Of a DNA stretch of 64,000 nt, positions 57,545-64,000 are shown in pieces. This DNA is from an uncultured Candidatus Peribacteria bacterium (GTDB lineage: Bacteria > Patescibacteriota > Gracilibacteria > Peribacterales > Peribacteraceae), in the NCBI GenBank assembly GCA_964575275.1, contig CAZNPE010000005.1, forward strand, positions 16,402-80,401, given 5' to 3'. Position numbers and translations under genes: made by a program. The number at the start of each line of letters is the position of its first letter. The stretch's first letter is position 1. The notes beneath the pieces were generated by a model. It was not told the DNA's origin. It was given only the letters and a program-made list of their open reading frames with translations, and did no database searches.

Positions 57545-58759
57545 ATGCTTCAGGCCATGCATTCGTACGCCGCTTTCCTCGGAATTAATCCTCAACTCAG
57601 TATCGCAGAGCTTGCCGCAAGCCTGCCGGATTTTGATAAAGGCCACATGTTCCCTGGCAATATTCAAATCTTCCAAACTGCACAGGAATTGGATCAGAAG
57701 TTCCTCGATCGACTGGGTGGAACCATGATTATCGCCAAAAAGATCACAGGTGACAGTACTTTTACGATTGACGACGTCCCCACTCTCCTCGCAACAGAGC
57801 TGAAAGGAGTGAAGGGAAAGGCCACCTTTAGCTTGCGTTTCCTCGGTGTACCGCCAAAGCGCATTCGTGATTTTTACCGAATGTGCAAAGATGGGCTCAA
57901 AGCTCAGGGAATCTCCAGCCGTTACATCGGTAACGAGCGCGATGCTGCCAAGCCAATTCAGCTCCATGACGAAGGAATCTTGAATCCAAAGGAAGGAGCT
58001 GAGATTGTCGTGCTACAAGAAAAGGAACACCTGTGGATTGGGCGAACTGTCGGTGCTCAAAACGTAAAAGCGTACACGCACCGCGATATGGAGAAACCGG
58101 TTCGCGATACAAAAGTAGGACTTCTGCCACCTAAGTTGGCTCAGATGCTCATCAATCTTGGACTTTCGATGGTGAAGGAAGAGAAGTCGATCACACTCTT
58201 CGACCCATTCTGTGGCACAGGCGTTATCCCGATGGAAGCGATGCTCCGTGGATTCAATGTCTTGGCTTCTGATAAAGCTGAGAAGGCTGTCACAGGCTGC
58301 GAGAAAAATATCGAGTGGGTGCGCAAGAAGTACGCTGTCGGTAAGAAAGACTTGAACACCACTGTCTGGAAGCAAGACGCCACAAAGCCATTTGAGCTCG
58401 CTGCGATGCTGCCACATATCATCGTGACAGAAGGCACACTTGGTCCGCCGCTCGTCCGCCGTCCAATGGTGAAGGAGGCTGAAGGCTACTGTCGAGAGGT
58501 AGAAGATATTGCGACACGCTTTGTGCAGAACTGCGCTGCAACGCTGAAAGGTGTGCCCATCGTCATGATTCTCCCGGTGTGGTACGCACAGAAGAAAATC
58601 GTCCAGATGAACAAGATTTGGGGAGCGATTGAGAAAGCTGGCTACCGCCCAGTCCTCCCGCCACACATCAACCCAACAATGGGACGTTTCTCACTCCTCT
58701 ACCGCCGCGCCGATCAGTTTGTTGGTCGTGAGATCGTGATGCTGAAGCCGAAGAATTAA
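57545..58759 (+). CDS. class I SAM-dependent methyltransferase (UPF0020/TRM11-like, probable RNA methylase)
   Basis: Motif I TLFDPFCGTGVIPMEAM; LASDKAEKAV. The start is ATG 57545 or 57557; the ORF-track start at 57485 is a GTG inside the terminator-like hairpin. Confidence 0.55.
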   Translation: MLQAMHSYAAFLGINPQLSIAELAASLPDFDKGHMFPGNIQIFQTAQELDQKFLDRLGGTMIIAKKITGDSTFTIDDVPTLLATELKGVKGKATFSLRFLGVPPKRIRDFYRMCKDGLKAQGISSRYIGNERDAAKPIQLHDEGILNPKEGAEIVVLQEKEHLWIGRTVGAQNVKAYTHRDMEKPVRDTKVGLLPPKLAQMLINLGLSMVKEEKSITLFDPFCGTGVIPMEAMLRGFNVLASDKAEKAVTGCEKNIEWVRKKYAVGKKDLNTTVWKQDATKPFELAAMLPHIIVTEGTLGPPLVRRPMVKEAEGYCREVEDIATRFVQNCAATLKGVPIVMILPVWYAQKKIVQMNKIWGAIEKAGYRPVLPPHINPTMGRFSLLYRRADQFVGREIVMLKPKN

Positions 58760-58788
58760 GAATCAGGAATTATGAATTATGGAAGCTG

Positions 58789-59370
58789 ATGTTCTTCGTA
58801 ATTCTTGATTCATACTTCATAATTCTCGCCATGCCTTCCTCGGCAGCACGCACAATCGCTCGCTGGTGCATCATCCTCTTTTGCCTGTTTCACATGACGG
58901 CGATTGCGGTCTATCTTTTGCCAGAAGGATGGCTCGTGAAAGCGAAGGAAATCGCTTCACCCTATGTGCTAAGTACCAGCCAATGGCAGAAGTGGGACAT
59001 TTTTTCACCGAACCCCCTTCGCAGAGTGTCCATGTACAGCATCGAACGATGGAAAGGCGGCGACACCGGCATTGCCCGCACAGAGTGGGAAACACTGCAT
59101 ACTTTGCACCCTAGCGACTTTCCTTGGTACGAGCGCGCCACAATGATGAAAGTACTTGAGCGACTAGAGGAAGATGAATGGCTGGCTTCTGTACCACAGT
59201 TTTTACTCTCTGTGTGTGCGGAGGATCCTTCGAATAAAGGCCGCACGATCCGACTCGTGAATGAATACACTGTCATTCCTGACTCACTCCATGCCCTGAA
59301 GCACCTCAGTGCTGCAAAGCTGTCATCGCATCGACGAGTGCTCAACGACGCTATTCTTTGTCCTTCATGA
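58789..59370 (+). CDS. membrane-anchored protein, DUF5819-like
   Basis: TM helix WCIILFCLFHMTAIAVYLLP, then SPYVLSTSQWQKWDIFSPNPLR (W-x-x-F-[AS]-P-x-P type motif). 13-nt overlap with the HTTM gene. An alternative ATG is at 58831. Confidence 0.5.
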   Translation: MFFVILDSYFIILAMPSSAARTIARWCIILFCLFHMTAIAVYLLPEGWLVKAKEIASPYVLSTSQWQKWDIFSPNPLRRVSMYSIERWKGGDTGIARTEWETLHTLHPSDFPWYERATMMKVLERLEEDEWLASVPQFLLSVCAEDPSNKGRTIRLVNEYTVIPDSLHALKHLSAAKLSSHRRVLNDAILCPS

Positions 59371-60668
59371 CAGCACAAGTAACTGCATCGGCCATTGCAC
59401 GATTCGAACAATATTGGTTTCGTCCGACTTCGGCTGCTGGCTTTGGCTTGATGCGCATTGGATATGGAATTTCAGCACTTCTCACGATGCTGTCGTATTG
59501 GCCAAAGATCGATCTGTACTTTGGCGAGTATGGGCTCGTGACATACTCCATGATTCAGTATGTACACCGTTCCATGTGGAGAATGTCGCTGCTCGATGGC
59601 ATCGGCGTTGAAACGATGCATCTTTTCTACTGGGCACTTCTCGTAAGCCTCGTGCTGGTCATTATTGGCATCTGGACGCGAGTATCGCTCGTCGTATCCA
59701 CCATTCTCCTCTTCTCTTTCCATGAATATGGGCGAATCATTCTGAATGGCGGCGACACTCTCCTGCGCATCATTGCTTTCCTCTTGGTGATCTCTCCGTG
59801 TCACCGAGCACTCTCGCTTTCCAATCTTTTGAAACGATGGAAGGTCAGTTCCCTCACAGGAAAGGATCAGCTACCACATGCACGAACTATGCCAATCTGG
59901 CCGTATCGCCTCCTACTCTGGCAGCTCATCGTGCTTTACACCGCGTCGAGTATCGAGAAATTTTCCGGTTTCATGTGGCGCGACGGCTCTGCTGTTGCCG
60001 CAGTTTTGCATCATCCGCACTTTAGCCGTCTGACAACAGAGCTTGCCGATTCTTTGTCTGCTACCAGCCCATTCATTGGCTACTTCACACTCGCAGCACA
60101 GAGTGCATGGATTCTCCTTCTCCCTCTTGGACTACTCTCGATGCTCGGGCTGATATCCAGGCATGCATTCGATACGTGGAAACGGATGCTGATTCTGTGC
60201 GGCATTGTGGTGCACGGAGGAATTTTCCTGATGATGGATGTCGGGACATTCTCACTCACCATCTGTGTCGCGTACTTGGGACTCCTTCTGGATGATGATT
60301 TCGATGCAATTCGATCAATCCTGAATCGAAAAGAGCGATCGGTAGTGGTTCTTTTCGATGGACGGTGTGGCTTCTGCCAGAAAGCAATCATCACGCTGAA
60401 ATCGTTCGACTGGTTACAACGTCTGGAATTCGCAAACTATCACGATGCAAATGTGCGAAAAAAATACGCTCCCGACACTGATTTCAAGGCACTCAATACC
60501 GAAATGCACGTCCGCCTTCCAGATGGAACCCTCAATGCTGGCTTTTTCGCATTTCGAAGCCTTTCGTGGCACTTTCCAGCTCTCTGGATTTTGGCTCCAA
60601 TGCTATACATTCCAGGTATTCCGACGATTGGAAGATGGATCTATAGATGGGTAGCGAATCATCGATAG
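59358..60668 (+). CDS. HTTM (vitamin-K-dependent-carboxylase-like) membrane domain fused to a DCC-family (DUF393) CxxC thiol-disulfide oxidoreductase domain
   Basis: N-terminus FEQYWFRPTSAAGFGLMRIGYGISALLTM plus multiple TM helices. C-terminus (about 60340-60668) VVVLFDGRCGFCQKAIITLKSFDWLQRLEF. Confidence 0.65.
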   Translation: MSFMTAQVTASAIARFEQYWFRPTSAAGFGLMRIGYGISALLTMLSYWPKIDLYFGEYGLVTYSMIQYVHRSMWRMSLLDGIGVETMHLFYWALLVSLVLVIIGIWTRVSLVVSTILLFSFHEYGRIILNGGDTLLRIIAFLLVISPCHRALSLSNLLKRWKVSSLTGKDQLPHARTMPIWPYRLLLWQLIVLYTASSIEKFSGFMWRDGSAVAAVLHHPHFSRLTTELADSLSATSPFIGYFTLAAQSAWILLLPLGLLSMLGLISRHAFDTWKRMLILCGIVVHGGIFLMMDVGTFSLTICVAYLGLLLDDDFDAIRSILNRKERSVVVLFDGRCGFCQKAIITLKSFDWLQRLEFANYHDANVRKKYAPDTDFKALNTEMHVRLPDGTLNAGFFAFRSLSWHFPALWILAPMLYIPGIPTIGRWIYRWVANHR

Positions 60669-60689
60669 GAGGAATAGAATTCCCCTCCT

Positions 60690-60932
60690 ATGTCCGCTAA
60701 TTTTCTTACACCATTCAATACACCTGACGCTGGATCGATAATTATTCAGCGAATGCTCACTGACGTCCCTGATCTACGTGACTCTTTTGGCGTACAACTC
60801 AATAGAATCTTAGAGAAAGGTGAGCCAGCAGATGTTCAGGTTTCTCGGATGCTCGACCTTATTGAACAGTTGGAGTCACAAGGCGCTACGCTACCCGCTT
60901 CACTGCAGTCCCCGCTTGAGCGGTCGGCATAA
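60690..60932 (+). CDS. possible small hypothetical protein (80 aa)
   Basis: ORF-track entry. It overlaps the 3' end of the convergent SDR gene by 47 nt, which lowers confidence. Confidence 0.25.
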   Translation: MSANFLTPFNTPDAGSIIIQRMLTDVPDLRDSFGVQLNRILEKGEPADVQVSRMLDLIEQLESQGATLPASLQSPLERSA

Positions 60933-61638
60933 TCAGAAGTAGCTCCACATTCACATGCTTCGGCGCACTCACGGCGTAGTGTATGGCATCTGCGATGTCC
61001 GCTGGCTGTAACGATTCGATCTCGCGGTAGATGGCATTCGCTTTCTCTTTGTCTTTGCCGTGATAGCGCACTTCGCTGAATTCGGTTTCTACTCTTCCTG
61101 GCGCGATGATCGTGACGCGCACGCCAGTGCCGAGGAGATCTTTGCGGAGCCCTTCGCTGAACGCATGAACGAAGTGTTTGGTCGAACAGTAAATCGTACC
61201 ACCTGGATACGTGAGCGTTCCGGCGATCGAACCGAGATTTACCAAATGTCCTTTTGTTTTCTTGAGAAATGGAATCGAGAGCTGTGCCACGCGTGCCATC
61301 GCACGGATGTTCACATCGATCATCGTGTCGACATCAGCAAAGTCGTACTGATCGAATGGCTCTGTCCCCAGTGCGAGGCCAGCATTATTGATCACAACAT
61401 CGATGCTGATGTCCTTCAAAGATGTGAAAAACGAGTCCAAAGCCTTCCGATCGGTCACATCGAGCGTTTGAATGCGAACCTCAATCTTGTATTTCTTCTC
61501 CAAAGCCTCCTTGAGGGCTTCTAGGCGGTCAAAACGACGGGCAATGAGGAGCAGATTTCGGCCATCGGAAGCGAACTTTTCGGCAGCAGCATGCCCAATA
61601 CCGGCACTTGCGCCTGTGATCAAAGTGAATGTTTTCAT
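60886..61638 (-). CDS. short-chain dehydrogenase/reductase (YdfG-like, NADP-dependent)
   Basis: LITGASAGIGHAAA (TGxxxGxG), NNAG, catalytic YCSTKHFV. Confidence 0.85.
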   Translation of the reverse strand: MKTFTLITGASAGIGHAAAEKFASDGRNLLLIARRFDRLEALKEALEKKYKIEVRIQTLDVTDRKALDSFFTSLKDISIDVVINNAGLALGTEPFDQYDFADVDTMIDVNIRAMARVAQLSIPFLKKTKGHLVNLGSIAGTLTYPGGTIYCSTKHFVHAFSEGLRKDLLGTGVRVTIIAPGRVETEFSEVRYHGKDKEKANAIYREIESLQPADIADAIHYAVSAPKHVNVELLLIMPTAQAGTAVKRVA

Positions 61639-61661
61639 GTATTTATGGTACCATTTGCCCG

Positions 61662-62525
61662 ATGCGCGTCATCCTGTATTACAAATATGTGGCTGTTCCT
61701 GAGCCTGCCAAAGAAGTGCAGGAGCAACTCAAGTTGTGCAAAGACTTGGGGCTCCGCGGTCGTGTCTTCATCGGATCGGAAGGAATCAATGGCACGTGCT
61801 CTGGAACACCTGAAGCAATTCAGAAGTATCAGGCATACCTCAATGCTCACCCCCTCTTTAGCGGCATCGCGTTCAAAGAGTCCGATCACCCAGAACATGT
61901 CTTTGCCAAAATGTTCGTGCGCCATCGTCCAGAGATCGTTGCGCTCAAGACAGATGTGTCTGCCACAAATGCGGCAGCGTACATCACGCCAGAGCAGCTC
62001 CACGCTGAGCTGGAAGCGGGTGAAGATCTCGTGTTGATCGACATGCGCAACGACTACGAAGCTGCCATCGGCCGCTTCCGCAACGCAGTCACGCTCACGA
62101 TGAGAAACTTCCGCGAATTGCCTGAGTACATGACACAACTTGAAGTGTACAAAGACCGCAATGTGGTGACGTATTGCACGGGCGGCATACGCTGCGAACG
62201 TGCCTCAGCACTGCTCAAAAAGCACGGCTTCACGAATGTTCGTCAGCTGGAAGGCGGCATTGTGAAGTACTGCGAAGCCTTTCCAGATGGCTACTACGAT
62301 GGAAGCCTCTTCGTCTTCGATTCTCGCTTGAGCATGCGCTTCCCAGGTAAGCGCCCGCACACGTATCTCACCAAGTGTTCGTTCTGCAATACACCGTGCG
62401 ATCGCTACCGCGACTGCCAGGATCACACATGCACCGATCGCCTGTTCATCTGCTGTGAGGCATGTGAACCAAAGTGCGATACTCGCTGCAGGAAACACGC
62501 GAAGCACGTCGCTGTCGCTGCCTAA
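61662..62525 (+). CDS. trhO: rhodanese-domain tRNA uridine(34) hydroxylase (YceA/UPF0176)
   Basis: MRVILYYKYVAV...GRVFIGSEGINGTCSG; rhodanese active site YCTGGIRCE; C-terminal Cys cluster. Confidence 0.8.
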   Translation: MRVILYYKYVAVPEPAKEVQEQLKLCKDLGLRGRVFIGSEGINGTCSGTPEAIQKYQAYLNAHPLFSGIAFKESDHPEHVFAKMFVRHRPEIVALKTDVSATNAAAYITPEQLHAELEAGEDLVLIDMRNDYEAAIGRFRNAVTLTMRNFRELPEYMTQLEVYKDRNVVTYCTGGIRCERASALLKKHGFTNVRQLEGGIVKYCEAFPDGYYDGSLFVFDSRLSMRFPGKRPHTYLTKCSFCNTPCDRYRDCQDHTCTDRLFICCEACEPKCDTRCRKHAKHVAVAA

Positions 62526-62597
62526 TTGGATACCCAATCCACTTTTCCTCTGAAAAATAATCGACGGCGTTTTGTCGATGGCGTACGATTCTTCCCT

Positions 62598-63041
62598 ATG
62601 TCCTCCACTGTCATCGACTCCCCTCTCGGGAAACTGTTGGTTCGTTCCAATGGTTCAGCGATAACGGAAGTCGTGTTTGGATCTAAGGCATCGAAAGAAT
62701 CCGGTGATGCGATCACAAAAAACTTCACAAAAGAACTGAGTGAATATTTCGATGGAAAGCGTCGTGAGTTTTCGGTGAAATTTGAGCCACGTGGAACAAA
62801 GTTCCAGAAGAAAGTGTGGAACGCGATGCAGAAGATAGAACAAGGGAAGACGCTCCGCTACGCCGATGTTGCCAAGAAGATCGGGCACCCGAAAGCAGTA
62901 CGCGCTGTTGGAACAGCATGTGGGAAAAATCCAATTGTCGTCGCTATCCCCTGCCATCGCATCGTTGGCTCAAGCGGACTTGGCGGATACAGCGGCGGCT
63001 TAGAGAAGAAAAAATGGTTGCTGAAGCACGAAAGCAAATAA
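62598..63041 (+). CDS. ogt: methylated-DNA--protein-cysteine methyltransferase
   Basis: FQKKVWNAMQKIEQGKTLRYADVA, active site IPCHRIV, GGLEKKKWLLKHE. ATG at 62598. Confidence 0.85.
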   Translation: MSSTVIDSPLGKLLVRSNGSAITEVVFGSKASKESGDAITKNFTKELSEYFDGKRREFSVKFEPRGTKFQKKVWNAMQKIEQGKTLRYADVAKKIGHPKAVRAVGTACGKNPIVVAIPCHRIVGSSGLGGYSGGLEKKKWLLKHESK

Positions 63042-63070
63042 GCAGGCTTTTGGCTACTTACTACCAACTA

Positions 63071-64000
63071 CTACTCCGTTGGAGCTGGTGCTGGGTCAGC
63101 AGACTCAGTGATTTCCGATGAGCTTGAGGACGACTCACTCGACGCGAGAGACGAAGATTCGCTGCTACTGACGCTCGAAGAACTCGACAATGCTGGCTCA
63201 GACGAAGATGAGCTGGATGCTTCGGAAGAAACGCTTGAGGAAGAAGAACTAGAAGATTCGCTGGATTCAGACGAAGCAGAAGAGGAAGAATCGGAACTTT
63301 CGGATGAAGCGGAGCTTGAGGAATCGCTGGAAGACTCACTCGATGCGCTGGAGGATTCAGACGAGCTGACGCTCGAGCTTGATGAGGAAGCATCTGGGAT
63401 TACCGTCACGACGTAGCCTTCTGGCACCGTGAGAATTGGAGGCTCGTTGTTTGGGTTGTAGGTGAAGAGGATACCGAGATCTGGGTGCTGCCAGTCGTAA
63501 CCAACATGGTAGCGAGCACAGTTCACTGGCTCACCGGACTCCAAGATGATTGGCTGACCCTTCACGCAGGAGTTCCAGACTGGGTCGGACGAGATCGGCT
63601 GATTGAGCGAGTTCACTGGGAATGGTGTGTTCACTGCAGCAGAACCCGTACCTGTTGTCGTCACTGGATCTTCCGCAGAGAGCGCAGTCCATGCGAAGCG
63701 GACATCCTTCTCAACGGTTTCATCTGTGCGAATCGTGAAGCCCATCATTGTGGCATTTTCGATCCACCATTCGCTACCCACGCGACCATGAGGCGTTGCC
63801 TGAACAATTGGCGTACCAGTCATCTGCTGGACGAAGCGGACAGTGACGGATGTACCTGTCGCTGGGATGACGGCAAAGCCAGCCTGACGGTTGCTAAGGA
63901 CAAGCTCACCCTTCACGTGCACGTCGCCAAGGAGGGTCGTGAGACCTGTGATGGTGATGTTGCCAACAACACGGAGAGCGCCAGTGGAAACCAGAGTTCC
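63071..64000 (-). CDS. surface protein with a Ser-rich C-terminal tail; the 5' end lies beyond the window
   Basis: Manual translation shows the frame is open from 64000 (GTLVSTGALRVVGNITITGLTTLLGDVHVKGE...). The C-terminal tract at about 63085-63390 encodes SSSSSSVSSSESSSASSESS... The ORF-track start at 63922 is an internal GTG. Confidence 0.6.
   Translation of the reverse strand, partial: GTLVSTGALRVVGNITITGLTTLLGDVHVKGELVLSNRQAGFAVIPATGTSVTVRFVQQMTGTPIVQATPHGRVGSEWWIENATMMGFTIRTDETVEKDVRFAWTALSAEDPVTTTGTGSAAVNTPFPVNSLNQPISSDPVWNSCVKGQPIILESGEPVNCARYHVGYDWQHPDLGILFTYNPNNEPPILTVPEGYVVTVIPDASSSSSSVSSSESSSASSESSSDSSSSASSESSDSSSSASSESSESSSSSSSSVSSEASSSSSSEPALSSSSSVSSSESSSLASSESSSSSSEITESADPAPAPTE

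Noticed and set aside
60668-60700. The hairpin taggagg-aatagaattcc-cctccta after the HTTM gene, which contains an AGGAGG that could be read as an RBS for the 80-aa ORF.
   Set aside because: The AGGAGG is about 20 nt from the ATG and sequestered in the stem. The hairpin is more likely a weak terminator, and the small ORF remains doubtful.

Overview
The window is a gene-dense bacterial chromosomal segment, about half G+C by eye, and it reads sensibly with the standard genetic code. No rRNA, tRNA or CRISPR array was found. Housekeeping content includes ileS, alaS, gdh, an F-type ATP synthase cluster, tmRNA, trhO, ogt and an SDR. Envelope content includes two ECF sigma/anti-sigma-like pairs, two VanW paralogs, two GT-C glycosyltransferases, an SLH-esterase and a 2525-aa repeat adhesin. 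The combination of DUF5667-type anti-sigma, a four-helix-bundle gene, short AlaRS and short delta subunit is reminiscent of uncultivated (CPR-like) bacteria; this is inference only.

The observations most worth follow-up are:
- The IleRS carries two apparently intact histidine-phosphatase domains inserted in its catalytic core.
- A lower-GC island sits directly 3' of tmRNA. It holds a C5 DNA methyltransferase, a divergent PD-(D/E)xK-like gene and an unassigned 343-aa partner.
- An isolated, strongly AT-rich 640-aa gene has a nuclease-like N-terminus.
- The ATP synthase cluster has a permuted order (atpD-atpC ahead of atpIBEFHAG). A four-helix-bundle (23S-IVS-type) gene bracketed by a 14-bp inverted repeat lies between atpD and atpC.
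- A roughly 0.95-kb non-coding region upstream of atpD has strand-specific RNA structure.
- An HTTM-DCC(CxxC) fusion has a DUF5819-like partner.
- Two adjacent proteins carry an atypical LPxTG-spacer-TM C-terminus.

All family assignments rest on motifs read by eye and need HMM or BLAST confirmation.
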